DNA of 64,000 nucleotides from Escherichia coli (GTDB lineage Bacteria; Pseudomonadota; Gammaproteobacteria; Enterobacterales; Enterobacteriaceae): NCBI RefSeq assembly GCF_003790525.1, contig NZ_CP033635.1; one strand, 5' to 3'. Shown piece by piece: positions 20,476 to 31,796 of this stretch (position 1 is its first letter; each line of letters starts with the position of its first letter). The notes under the pieces were generated by a model. It saw only the letters and a program-made list of their open reading frames with translations, ran no database searches and was not told where the DNA came from. The position numbers and the translations under genes were made by a program.

Positions 20476-20715
20476 TTACATCTGGACGTCTAGGCGTCCG
20501 CACATCTTCTGGTATTTCCCCTTTACAGAGATCTACCTAACCTATGTACCCGTCTTCTTGGAAAAGCCTGTTCCAGCGCTTCGCGCTAAAAGATCAACAC
20601 CGCCCCCTTTCCCCCATAAACATTTAGGGGGTGGTAAATACATCCAGACATATAGACGTCTAAATATTTTTACCATTTTCAATCAGCCACCGGACACCTT
20701 TAAGCCCGGTACCAA

Positions 20716-21009
20716 TCAGGAGCGCGATTGCGTTCCTGCCAGGGGCGGCTGAGTTGTATACCCCTGTAAAGCTCTGCCCTGATTTCTCACAAACAAGCGG
20801 AGCCTTGTGTTTGCTTCGTGCCTTGCTCTGTTCTCCTTGCGGAATGAAACAGGCTCAGCGTCAAAAGTGATTTCGTATACCTCCGCATATTTCAGGGCGA
20901 CCTTCCGTCTCAGTGACGGTGGCAGCCCCTGTAACTGCTGCTGAATCCACTCTTCGTCTGCCTGGCAGTACCTAGATGGCATCTCTGTCTGAACGTAATT
21001 CTGGGACAT
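20716..21009 (-). CDS. Hypothetical early-right protein (cII position)
   Basis: 97 aa ORF directly downstream of the cro-like gene; function unknown. Confidence 0.3.
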   Translation of the reverse strand: MSQNYVQTEMPSRYCQADEEWIQQQLQGLPPSLRRKVALKYAEVYEITFDAEPVSFRKENRARHEANTRLRLFVRNQGRALQGYTTQPPLAGTQSRS

Positions 21010-21021
21010 ACAAGCCCTTCA

Positions 21022-21294
21022 TCATTCGTTTTTCATAACTGCCGCATTTGTGGCTGTGTGACTTCTACGTAACAAATCAGGGATTGCATCTTCAGGATGG
21101 GGATAAAGATCTGGTCTTAACCCATGAGGAGTAACTTTCCATTCCACAACTTCACATACACGCAAGACGAAACGAGCAGGAATTGTTCTTTTTGAAAACC
21201 ATTGGTTCACAGCTTGCGGCGTAACGCCTAGATTTCGCGCTATGGCATTTTGTGCAATTAGCTCACGAAGTGCGTCGTAATCATTTCCTTTCAT
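21022..21294 (-). CDS. cro: Cro-like HTH regulator (YdaS/DUF1019-like)
   Basis: 90 aa; LGVTPQAVNQWFSKRTIPARFVLRVCEVVEWKVTPHGLRPDLYP resembles YdaS/Cro-family HTH proteins; divergent from the cI-like repressor. Confidence 0.55.
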   Translation of the reverse strand: MKGNDYDALRELIAQNAIARNLGVTPQAVNQWFSKRTIPARFVLRVCEVVEWKVTPHGLRPDLYPHPEDAIPDLLRRSHTATNAAVMKNE

Positions 21295-21428
21295 CGCAAC
21301 CCACCAATCTAAACTTTATAAATTCAAGATTACATCAAGTTTAAATTAACATGCAAGTCCACAAAAGATCGAATACACTAAAATCAAGTAAAAATTTATC
21401 GAAACCAAGTAACCAGCAAGGATTAACA
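21295..21428. promoter_or_regulatory. Immunity-region operator/promoter (OR-like) between cro-like and cI-like genes
   Basis: AT-rich 134-bp divergent intergenic region with recurring ATCAAGT/CAAGT motifs (21334..21340, 21383..21389, 21405..21410), candidate repressor half-sites. Confidence 0.4.
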
Positions 21429-22118
21429 ATGAAAAACTTAAAGAGCACTGAAAATCGAATTACAAAGCTGCTACAGGAGAAAGGCTGGAGCCAAGCAGAG
21501 CTGGCCCGAAAGTTAGGTGTCAGCGCACAGTCCGTACAGTACTGGACAACAGGAAAAACATTTCCAAGGGGAAACCGGCTTGCCCAGTTATCCGAAATAA
21601 GTGGTTATCCGCAATCGTGGTTTTTAGGAGAAATCACGTCACGGCAGTTCTCTTCAAAGGAAAAACATCAAGCAAGAACTGACAGTGTGGTCTTTAACGT
21701 GCTCGATGTTGAGTTTAGTTGCGGCGATGGAACACATGTCCGTGGGGACTTTATCGATGTAGTTCGCTCAATCGAGCTTGATCCTGAATATGCCCGTCGC
21801 CTTGTTGGCAATAGAGCATTTCAAAACATAGAGATTGGTAACGCAAGAGGAGATAGTATGGCTCCAACAATAGCCCCAGGAGATCTTCTTTTTCTCGATA
21901 AAACAGTGAATTACTTTGATGGTGATGGCATTTATGCTTTTTGCTTTGATGGTGAATGCTACGTCAAAAGATTACAAAAGATAGGAAGTAAAATCATGGT
22001 GTTATCTGATAACCCAAATTACCAATCCTGGAGCATTGAAAAAGATGCTCTTGAGCTGCTTTATATCCAATCGAAGGTAATATCATCTGTTCCATTCAAT
22101 ATAAATAGATTTGGTTAA
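21429..22118 (+). CDS. cI: CI-like repressor (N-terminal HTH_XRE + C-terminal S24 LexA-like peptidase domain)
   Basis: HTH LLQEKGWSQAELARKLGVSAQSVQYW; S24 signature GDSMAPTI and later KRL...G; start placed at MKNLKST (ORF track start 21351 is in-frame upstream). Confidence 0.8.
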   Translation: MKNLKSTENRITKLLQEKGWSQAELARKLGVSAQSVQYWTTGKTFPRGNRLAQLSEISGYPQSWFLGEITSRQFSSKEKHQARTDSVVFNVLDVEFSCGDGTHVRGDFIDVVRSIELDPEYARRLVGNRAFQNIEIGNARGDSMAPTIAPGDLLFLDKTVNYFDGDGIYAFCFDGECYVKRLQKIGSKIMVLSDNPNYQSWSIEKDALELLYIQSKVISSVPFNINRFG

Positions 22119-22181
22119 TTATTTATTATTAAAGAAAAAATTTACAAATCAAGTAAAAGAGACGCATAAATCAATTTTTTC

Positions 22182-22211
22182 TTGACAACCCCATCAATCA
22201 AGATCTAACAT
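22182..22211 (+). promoter_or_regulatory. Candidate PL-like sigma70 promoter with operator-like repeats (OL)
   Basis: TTGACA (22182..22187), 18-bp spacer, TAACAT (22206..22211); the surrounding region 22140..22265 carries ATCAAG/CTTGAT repeats like those in the cro-cI intergenic region. Confidence 0.35.
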
Positions 22212-22265
22212 CACACCATCAATTTTAACTTGATTTGTTGTTAATTTTAAATTGATGGTGATTCA

Positions 22266-22694
22266 ATGAAAGATCTGACAACCACTGAGATATCGAACTT
22301 AAACCACTTCGAAAAAGAATCCTTTGCATTAAATATTGCAAATCTGGTAGGTGCTGCTCGTACTTTCCATTTAATTGATGGTGATCGCTCTAAAGAATTG
22401 GGGTTTGAAGTCATGGAGTTTGTTCATGAATACGCCCTGTCTGCTACTTATCCATTACATAATCACATAATCAACAAACAACCAAATAAAATCCGCACCC
22501 AACGCGAAGCCTGCGGCTTAACAACCACCGAACTCGCCAGGCTGCTCGATCTCGATGAAGAAATTATCATCCAGTGGGAAAGCGGAGAGTACGAACCAAC
22601 CATCAGCATGCTTATCCCTCTGGCTAATGTTCTTGGCTGTGATCCAATGTTGTTATTGACTGATGCTTATAAACAAAATCAGGAGGAAGCATAA
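22266..22694 (+). CDS. HTH_XRE-domain protein, first gene of the early-left operon (N position)
   Basis: 142 aa; C-terminal IRTQREACGLTTTELARLLDLDEEIIIQWESGEYEPTISMLIPLANVLGCDP is a Cro/C1-type HTH; N-terminal 70 aa unrecognised. Confidence 0.45.
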   Translation: MKDLTTTEISNLNHFEKESFALNIANLVGAARTFHLIDGDRSKELGFEVMEFVHEYALSATYPLHNHIINKQPNKIRTQREACGLTTTELARLLDLDEEIIIQWESGEYEPTISMLIPLANVLGCDPMLLLTDAYKQNQEEA

Positions 22695-22695
22695 G

Positions 22696-22887
22696 ATGAA
22701 AATGTTCAAAGGCCTTACCAACGAACCGGAGACAGCTTTTCATCACATTGCCGTACTGCTTGAAGCGGGGTTAATCATTTCGGCTTCCGGTGATGAAGAA
22801 TGTGATGAACTTTCGGATGATATCTTTTTACTGGCACAACAATACGCCAGAAGCGCATGCGATGCATTTAAGGAGCAAAGAACATGA
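22696..22887 (+). CDS. Small acidic hypothetical protein
   Basis: ATG at 22696 preceded by AGGAGG; 63-64 aa, acidic (GDEECDELSDD). Confidence 0.35.
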   Translation: MKMFKGLTNEPETAFHHIAVLLEAGLIISASGDEECDELSDDIFLLAQQYARSACDAFKEQRT

Positions 22888-23075
22888 AAACGCCCATGAC
22901 TATGCTCGAATATGTAGCCGCAGAAATAAAAGAAAACACGTCAATGCTTGAGTTTATCTTTAAAAATTCGCCCGACTCAGGAGAGTTAGACGATTATTTA
23001 TGTTGTCTCATCAGGTCCATGAATAAGACCTGTGAAATGGCTTACGAGTATATAGAAACACTACGTAACGAATAA
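22884..23075 (+). CDS. Small acidic hypothetical protein
   Basis: 63 aa; start overlaps upstream stop (ATGA coupling). Confidence 0.3.
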   Translation: MKTPMTMLEYVAAEIKENTSMLEFIFKNSPDSGELDDYLCCLIRSMNKTCEMAYEYIETLRNE

Positions 23076-23259
23076 AGAATACTCAATAAAAAATCACACA
23101 TAAAAACATGACGGCCTCTGGTCGGGAGTTTTCACAACCAGAAAATAATGGTGATACATGAAAAATAGAAGCGCTTATAAAACCGCATTATTAATGGCTA
23201 ATGCAGGATACTGGTCAGTTGCAATACTGTTTCTCAGGAAAGCATACGGGAAATAACAA

Positions 23260-23619
23260 ATGGCACGTGAAATCATTGATAAATATCGCCGCCGCATAGC
23301 CACAGCAGCACTACAGCGGATGCAGCGTAAAACAGGTGGCAATCTTCTCATCGTAAGTCTTCCTGACGGTGAGTTAACCACCATCGAAATTACGGAACAC
23401 TTCATGACACAACTGTTATTACGATTTGAAGGTCTTACCCGTGTTGAATTTGGACGGACGGATGGCGAGACCGCAATACTTGCCGCATACCGCAATGCCA
23501 TCAATATTAATCAACACACTGAGTATCTAACTGAATCGGGGAAGTTAATTGTAGACAACCTTTTAAAAGAGGTTGTTGATTACGAAAAAGAAAAATATAC
23601 CAGTGGAGGAATTAACTGA
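23260..23619 (+). CDS. Hypothetical phage protein
   Basis: 119 aa ORF in the early-left operon; no recognisable motif. Confidence 0.3.
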   Translation: MAREIIDKYRRRIATAALQRMQRKTGGNLLIVSLPDGELTTIEITEHFMTQLLLRFEGLTRVEFGRTDGETAILAAYRNAININQHTEYLTESGKLIVDNLLKEVVDYEKEKYTSGGIN

Positions 23620-23828
23620 TGTCTGATTTATCCCCTCTTATACACGAAAAAGTACAGCTCATTACGACGATTGAAAATGGTCAGGTAATAAATACCCGTA
23701 AAGTTCACAATAACGGGATGATTGCCAGCATGGATACCGTCTTATGGATAGCAAAGAAAGCGGGATATCAGGTAATCGCTCCTGATCCGGAGGAAATCGG
23801 TGACATTAACAGCAATACGAATTCCTGA
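23619..23828 (+). CDS. Hypothetical phage protein
   Basis: 69 aa ORF, start overlapping upstream stop. Confidence 0.25.
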   Translation: MSDLSPLIHEKVQLITTIENGQVINTRKVHNNGMIASMDTVLWIAKKAGYQVIAPDPEEIGDINSNTNS

Positions 23829-24014
23829 GCGTGTCAGACAACAGGCGTTACAGGTCCTGTTGCGATACCAACGCCGACGGATATTTCCACACCGAATACA
23901 CAGTACCGGATATCTCAGCCTGAAGGTTAACCGTAGCTGGCGGCTGTTATCGAAAGACGACGGTCGGAACTGGAAGGTAATGAGCCATGAAACGTATAAC
24001 GGAGAATTAAAACG

Positions 24015-24521
24015 ATGAGCACCAACAAAAACAACAACGTCAAGCAACTAGTTGCCCGCCTGAAAGAAATGCAGGAGCAGTCCGGTACTCCCATCCCTGC
24101 ATGGATGCTCGATGAAAATCGTTACGGCACAGGTACGCTGACAACTGAAGAGCAGCATGAATGGGCTGAAACCGTTTGTCACTCCATGCGCAGAACTGTC
24201 GCCCTGCTTTACCTGATTGAATGTGATAAACGTTGGGGCCTCCGTGACGGTGAGTATCAGTTTAAAACCGGTGAGTTTGTTTTTGGTTTAACGCGGGAGC
24301 TTATCGAGAACCTGCTTATTGAATACGTAGAAGGCGCACTGATCGAACAAAAACCACAGGAAAGATATATGGCTGTATTCCAGTTCTACTCCGCCAACAA
24401 TCAGCGCCGGAAAGAAGACGGTCATTCGTGGTTCACCGGCTTTCTTGACGAGATATTTATGGATCTTGCTGTCCGGTTGCGTACCGGTGAAAAGCCGCCA
24501 GTAAAACTGGTTTTGCATTAA
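24015..24521 (+). CDS. Hypothetical phage protein
   Basis: 168 aa ORF with RBS-like AGGAGA upstream; unknown function. Confidence 0.35.
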   Translation: MSTNKNNNVKQLVARLKEMQEQSGTPIPAWMLDENRYGTGTLTTEEQHEWAETVCHSMRRTVALLYLIECDKRWGLRDGEYQFKTGEFVFGLTRELIENLLIEYVEGALIEQKPQERYMAVFQFYSANNQRRKEDGHSWFTGFLDEIFMDLAVRLRTGEKPPVKLVLH

Positions 24522-24533
24522 GGAGAAACGAAA

Positions 24534-25391
24534 ATGGCAATGAAAACTCAATTAACACCAGTAGCGGCTCGTGATTTGCAAATCATTGAGTACCTCGGTC
24601 AACGCGTGGTGACGACTGAGCAACTGGCGGCTGGATATGGCGCTTCTGAGCAGATGATTACCAATAACTTTAACCGTAACAAATCACGCTTCACTGAGGG
24701 TAAACACTATTTCAAGCTCTACGGTAATGATGTTCAAATTTTGCGCAACTCTTTAGGGGATGCACAAATATCAAATAAAGCACGGTCACTAACACTGTGG
24801 ACAGAACGCGGAGCAGCAAACCACGCAAAAATACTGGAAACAGAGCAGTCATGGCGCTATCACGAAGACCTTGTTGAGTTCTACTTCACTCATCGGGAAA
24901 ACATCGATGTACAGCGCCTGCCATCCCGCAAGGAACTCGCAATGATGGTCATCGAGGCCGAAGAACGCGCCGAAGCTATGGCTCTGGAAAATAAAACGCT
25001 TTCTGAAACCGTGGACAGCCTGGAAAAACATTTCTCTAAAGGAATGACCGTCCCTCAGTTCTGCCGTGCGCTGAACGGCGTAAACACAAGCAAAATGATG
25101 GGGTGGTTGTCCGAACGTAACTGGGTATTCAACGAACAACGCGATCCAGAAAAAGCCCCTCGCTGGCGCACAGCTTCTTATGCCCGTGACCGATATCTGA
25201 CCGAAGAGGCAACACAAATCACTCCGCACGGGAAAGATCCGTTCACGAAATTCACGCCCGTACTGCTGGAAAAAGGGTGTCACCGTTTATACCAGCTTTA
25301 CATGAAGGGCAAACTTCCAATGAAGAAAAACTGGAACGGCGAATATCGACACGACAAAGCCATTTACACGCCGGAGGCCGGACATGAATAA
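24534..25391 (+). CDS. Putative antirepressor-like protein (ORF6N-type N-terminal domain, KilA-C-like C-terminal region)
   Basis: 285 aa; N-terminal LQIIEYLGQRVVTTEQLAAGYGASEQMITNNFNRNKSRFTEGKHYFKL resembles the ORF6N domain of phage antirepressors. Tentative. Confidence 0.45.
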   Translation: MAMKTQLTPVAARDLQIIEYLGQRVVTTEQLAAGYGASEQMITNNFNRNKSRFTEGKHYFKLYGNDVQILRNSLGDAQISNKARSLTLWTERGAANHAKILETEQSWRYHEDLVEFYFTHRENIDVQRLPSRKELAMMVIEAEERAEAMALENKTLSETVDSLEKHFSKGMTVPQFCRALNGVNTSKMMGWLSERNWVFNEQRDPEKAPRWRTASYARDRYLTEEATQITPHGKDPFTKFTPVLLEKGCHRLYQLYMKGKLPMKKNWNGEYRHDKAIYTPEAGHE

Positions 25392-25746
25392 CTCAACCAC
25401 AGCAATCATGAACTACGACCCGAATATGACCTTATGCGGACGCATGGCAAAACAAACGGTCAGACTGACGCTTGGTCAATGGGAATACCGCGAAACATTC
25501 GAGGTGGCTGTTGTCGGTAATATCACGGGGCTGGATGTTATCAGGTCAGCCATTGAGAACCTGTACGAAAGCCTGCCGTATGAAGAAATTCACAACGCCA
25601 AAACAGGGAGTACAGAAGTTTATGCCACCGTGCGTATTGGCGATCTGGAATGCACAGACGAAGAACTGCTTGGCGAATACTGGCTGGAATCCATGCTGAT
25701 CGCCGCAGAAATTATCAGCATTGAGCCAGCGGGAACATTTTCATAA
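25384..25746 (+). CDS. Hypothetical phage protein
   Basis: 120 aa ORF overlapping upstream gene by 8 nt. Confidence 0.3.
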   Translation: MNNSTTAIMNYDPNMTLCGRMAKQTVRLTLGQWEYRETFEVAVVGNITGLDVIRSAIENLYESLPYEEIHNAKTGSTEVYATVRIGDLECTDEELLGEYWLESMLIAAEIISIEPAGTFS

Positions 25747-25761
25747 CGGAGTACGCACAAG

Positions 25762-25983
25762 ATGCTTATTACATTCACCGATTACGGCGCGGTAGCAAAA
25801 CTGGTTATCACCAGTTCCCGCCTGACATTGCGAAAACATAACCGCGTTGTTGATGCGGTGCTGTTTAATGTACAGGGGATCTCTGAAAACCGCAGCGGCT
25901 TTTTCTGGGTTAAGTCATCGTTGTCAGGAAAAACACGCGACATCCTGCGCGCCTACAAAATCGTACAGCGGGAGGCAAATTGA
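25762..25983 (+). CDS. Hypothetical phage protein
   Basis: 73 aa ORF. Confidence 0.25.
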   Translation: MLITFTDYGAVAKLVITSSRLTLRKHNRVVDAVLFNVQGISENRSGFFWVKSSLSGKTRDILRAYKIVQREAN

Positions 25984-26078
25984 TGAAGTCATTCCTCCTG
26001 TCCATGCTGTTTAGTCTGCTGCTGGTGCCCGTCGTTTTCGGTGCGCTGATTGAATATAAATTTTTAATGAATTACTGA
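25983..26078 (+). CDS. Possible 31-aa single-TM peptide (MKSFLLSMLFSLLLVPVVFGALIEYKFLMNY)
   Basis: ATG overlaps the stop of the upstream ORF (TGATG); strongly hydrophobic; below the ORF-track size cutoff. Confidence 0.25.
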   Translation: MKSFLLSMLFSLLLVPVVFGALIEYKFLMNY

Positions 26079-26086
26079 GGTGCGGG

Positions 26087-26716
26087 ATGGGCAAGATCAA
26101 AAACCCAGTTGTACTTATCCATAAGCGAGAAAATAGTGACTCCTACGTCGTTGCAATCACCTGCGGTAGCCAGAACTATCACGACGCCGTTCTGATGGCG
26201 TCGATGGAACTGGATATGAGTGACGATGATGTCGATACCTGGAGTAAAACCGGCTACTACATGGCTCAAGAAATCGAGCGACTTAAACAAGCGCTGTCCG
26301 CTGCGGAAAATAATTTGATTGATTCCGAATGCCTCGTCGCTGAATTAAGCAAAGCAAAGAATCACGCATATGGGCTGGTCGACACATACGACTGGCAACG
26401 TCAGCGTCTCCACGCAGCCACAGAGAAAGTCATCAAATGGTGCAGACAAGAAGCTGAACACCGTACCAGCGATCCAGAGAAATCAGAAAACTATGCGTGT
26501 GTTAAAGAACTACGCGACGCATTAACTTTTTGCAAAAGTTCTGAAGGCAGCAAGAAGAAAGGCCTGACCATCACCCTGCCCGATATCACATCAAAGGCAT
26601 TCTGGAGCGGTACCGGAAAAAACGCAAAATTCCATCCGGAAACCTATAAACGCTGGGTGAAAGAAGCTATCAAACGGGATTGTGTTATTGCCGGGATCGG
26701 CGTGCAGGTGAAATGA
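26087..26716 (+). CDS. Hypothetical phage protein
   Basis: 209 aa ORF; GGGATG upstream. Confidence 0.35.
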   Translation: MGKIKNPVVLIHKRENSDSYVVAITCGSQNYHDAVLMASMELDMSDDDVDTWSKTGYYMAQEIERLKQALSAAENNLIDSECLVAELSKAKNHAYGLVDTYDWQRQRLHAATEKVIKWCRQEAEHRTSDPEKSENYACVKELRDALTFCKSSEGSKKKGLTITLPDITSKAFWSGTGKNAKFHPETYKRWVKEAIKRDCVIAGIGVQVK

Positions 26717-26799
26717 TGAATAGGCCTGAAGCATTCACCGCAGTAGGAGTTGCAATAGCGGTGGCATTTATTCTGTATTCGCTTTTTCGCTGGGGATAA
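26713..26799 (+). CDS. Possible 28-aa single-TM peptide (MMNRPEAFTAVGVAIAVAFILYSLFRWG)
   Basis: ATGA overlap with the upstream stop; hydrophobic core; below ORF-track cutoff. Confidence 0.25.
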   Translation: MMNRPEAFTAVGVAIAVAFILYSLFRWG

Positions 26800-26803
26800 A
26801 AGA

Positions 26804-27046
26804 ATGTTCGCTCTGATTCAACGTGGTCAGATATACACCGATAGTGCTGGCTACCCGGTAAAAATTATTCGCTGCATAAACAACACTGTGTTGTACAGAA
26901 GAATGGATGGGCGAACACAGTCGGTAAAAATAAACGATTTTAATGAACTGTTTGAACGAATCGATCACCAGGAATACCGACAAATTCTGGCAGAAACAGA
27001 GCAGGAAGCTCATCTAAAAAAATTACGGGCCATGAAAAGGAAGTAA
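26804..27046 (+). CDS. Hypothetical phage protein
   Basis: 80 aa ORF. Confidence 0.3.
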   Translation: MFALIQRGQIYTDSAGYPVKIIRCINNTVLYRRMDGRTQSVKINDFNELFERIDHQEYRQILAETEQEAHLKKLRAMKRK

Positions 27047-27204
27047 AGAATGAATAAAGCATTTGAACAATGGGTCCACCAGCGTTACGGCAATCGCTAT
27101 GACCTGACACGAGATGTTGACGGTTTCTACTGTCGTGAAATTGTGAAACGAATGTTTGAAGTGTGGTGCCACTGCCGTGGGCTGAGTGTTGTGTGAGGTA
27201 AAGC

Positions 27205-27441
27205 ATGGCCAATGTGATTCAACTGACTCCCAATGAATGGGTTTGTGAAAGCGTTCTAATCGCAATTACCGGGCTCAAACCAGGCACAATTCTTCGGGCC
27301 CGGAAAGAATGCTGGATGGTTGGAAGAGAGTATATTCACGTATCACCAGACGGTAATCCAAAGCCTTCCAGTGAATGTATGTATAACAGAAAAGCAATAG
27401 ATGCCTGGGTCGCTTCAATGAAAAACAAACAACCTGGGTGA
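27205..27441 (+). CDS. xis: Excisionase (Xis, DUF1233-like)
   Basis: 78 aa directly upstream of integrase; ...EYIHVSPDGNPKPSSECMYNRKAIDAWV... resembles lambdoid excisionase-like proteins. Confidence 0.6.
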   Translation: MANVIQLTPNEWVCESVLIAITGLKPGTILRARKECWMVGREYIHVSPDGNPKPSSECMYNRKAIDAWVASMKNKQPG

Positions 27442-27496
27442 TTTAATGCCATGAAGTATGTAAGCTCGTATCGCTCTTGGGCGTCTGGAGGTATCA

Positions 27497-28810
27497 ATGG
27501 ATAAAGTCAAATATCCAACAGGCGTCGAAAACCACGGCGGCACATTACGCATCTGGTTTAATTTTAAAGGTAAACGTGTCAGGGAAAATCTTGGTGTCCC
27601 TGACACTGCCAAGAACAGGAAAATCGCCGGGGAACTGCGGACATCGGTATGTTTTGCCATCCGCACAGGAAGCTTTGATTATGCTGCACAGTTCCCTGAC
27701 TCCCCTAACCTTCAGGCTTTTGGGGTAAGTAAAAAAGAAATTACGGTGAAGGAACTTGAAGAAAAGTGGCTGGATCTGAAACGAATGGAGATCTCTGCAA
27801 ATGCATTCAATCGCTATGAATCCGTTGCAAGAACGATGGTTCCGAAAATTGGAGGCAGCAGACTGGTGTCATCGGTAACTAAAGAGGAATTGCTGTATAT
27901 CAGGAAAGATTTGCTGACCGGGTACCAGAATTCAACGAAAAACAAAGCAGCAGCAAAAGGACGGAGCGTCGTTACTGTAAATTATTACATGACGACAATC
28001 GCTGGAATGTTTCAGTTTGCTGCAGATCACGGTTACTTAGAAGCAAATCCCTTCCAGGGAATTAAGCCTCTTAAAAGAGCCAGGGCAGAGCCAGATCCGC
28101 TAACTCGTGACGAATTTATTCGCCTGATAGATGCTTGCCGACATCAGCAGACGAAAAACCTGTGGTCATTGGCTGTGTACACAGGAATGCGTCACGGTGA
28201 ACTGGTCTCCCTGGCCTGGGAAGATATCGATCTGAAAGCAGGAACTATTACTATCAGGCGCAATTATACGAAACTCGGTGAGTTCACTCTACCTAAAACT
28301 GAAGCAAGTACAAACAGGGTTGTGCATCTTATCCAGCCCGCTATCAGTGTCCTGAAAAATCAGGCTGAAATGACAAGACTGGGTAAGCAGCACCACATCA
28401 AGGTTCAACTACGTGAATATGGGCGTTCAGTGAATCATGAATGTACTTTCGTATTTAACCCCCAGGTGGTTAGAAAAAGCAAACAGGTCGGTTTTATCTA
28501 CAAGGTAGATTCTATTGGCGACTCATGGGAAACAGCCATTAAGCGTGCGGGCATCAGGCACCGGAAAGCATACCAGTCACGACACACTTATGCGTGCTGG
28601 TCATTATCTGCCGGAGCAAATCCAAGCTTCATTGCCAGCCAGATGGGCCATGCAAGTGCCCAGATGGTGTTCAATGTATACGGAGCATGGATGACTGACA
28701 GTAATGCAGAACAGATCGCAATGCTGAATCAGAAGCTGGCAGATTATGTCCCAATGATGTCCCATGGTCACCAAAGTGACACAAGAGACTTATTAAAATC
28801 AGTGGGTTAG
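27497..28810 (+). CDS. int: Tyrosine-type site-specific integrase
   Basis: 437 aa; arm-binding N-terminus, catalytic region with R (TGMRHGEL), H-x-x-R (RHTYACW), H (GHAS) and Y (NVYGAW) motifs. Confidence 0.9.
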   Translation: MDKVKYPTGVENHGGTLRIWFNFKGKRVRENLGVPDTAKNRKIAGELRTSVCFAIRTGSFDYAAQFPDSPNLQAFGVSKKEITVKELEEKWLDLKRMEISANAFNRYESVARTMVPKIGGSRLVSSVTKEELLYIRKDLLTGYQNSTKNKAAAKGRSVVTVNYYMTTIAGMFQFAADHGYLEANPFQGIKPLKRARAEPDPLTRDEFIRLIDACRHQQTKNLWSLAVYTGMRHGELVSLAWEDIDLKAGTITIRRNYTKLGEFTLPKTEASTNRVVHLIQPAISVLKNQAEMTRLGKQHHIKVQLREYGRSVNHECTFVFNPQVVRKSKQVGFIYKVDSIGDSWETAIKRAGIRHRKAYQSRHTYACWSLSAGANPSFIASQMGHASAQMVFNVYGAWMTDSNAEQIAMLNQKLADYVPMMSHGHQSDTRDLLKSVG

Positions 28811-28845
28811 CCTTCAATACCCGTCATGTTAACTGTGTGGAGGGT
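28811..28845. other. Prophage/chromosome junction (att core region) inside yecE
   Basis: Integrase stop at 28810 is followed within 30 bp by sequence encoding the middle of a chromosomal protein (..NCVEGNTTLYALP..); the yecE reading frame is open only from 28780 and lacks a proper N-terminus. Confidence 0.45.
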
Positions 28846-29562
28846 AACACCACGCTTTATGCCCTGCCGAAACCCGAGGTTGTCCTGCGCTGGCGTGAGC
28901 AGACCACAGATGACTTCCGCTTCTGTTTTAAGTTTCCGGCGACCATTTCGCATCAGGCAACATTACGGCATTGCGATGATTTAGTGACTGAATTTTTGAC
29001 CCGCATGTCACCGTTGGCTCCGCGCATTGGACAATACTGGCTGCAACTGCCTGCCACATTCGGCCCACGGGAGCTGCCTGCGCTTTGGCATTTTCTCGAC
29101 TCTCTTCCCGGCGAATTTAATTATGGTGTGGAAGTCCGCCATCCACAGTTTTTCGCCAAAGGGGAAGAGGAACAAACGCTTAATCGCGGTTTACATCAGC
29201 GCGGCGTTAATCGGGTGATTTTAGACAGCCGCCCGGTTCATGCCGCACGTCCACACAGTGAAGCTATTCGCGACGCTCAACGAAAAAAACCTAAAGTTCC
29301 GGTACATGCTGTACTGACGGCGACAAATCCGCTGATCCGTTTTATCGGTAGTGATGATATGACGCAAAACCGGGAATTATTTCAGGTCTGGTTACAAAAA
29401 TTAGCGCAGTGGCATCAGACCACTACGCCTTATCTTTTTTTACATACGCCAGATATTGCCCAGGCCCCGGAACTGGTACATACCCTGTGGGAAGACTTAC
29501 GTAAAACGCTTCCAGAGATCGGAGCAGTTCCGGCTATTCCACAGCAATCTTCTCTTTTCTGA
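28837..29562 (+). pseudogene. yecE: yecE (DUF72 family), 3-prime portion; 5-prime end displaced by prophage integration
   Basis: 241 aa ORF beginning at GTG in the middle of a protein, immediately upstream of yecN-cmoA-cmoB as in K-12; K-12 YecE is about 30 aa longer at the N-terminus by my recollection. Confidence 0.65.
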
Positions 29563-29614
29563 ATTTGCCACCTATCATAGACAGGTGCCATCGGCCATTT
29601 TAAAGGGAGTTTGT

Positions 29615-31762
<2,148 letters not shown>

Positions 31763-31765
31763 AGA

Positions 31766-31792
31766 TTAGCGCCCGTTTCCGGGCGCTTTTCA
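31766..31792 (+). terminator. Rho-independent terminator after cmoB
   Basis: AGCGCCCGtttCCGGGCGCT hairpin followed by TTTT. Confidence 0.5.
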
Positions 31793-31796
31793 CGTC

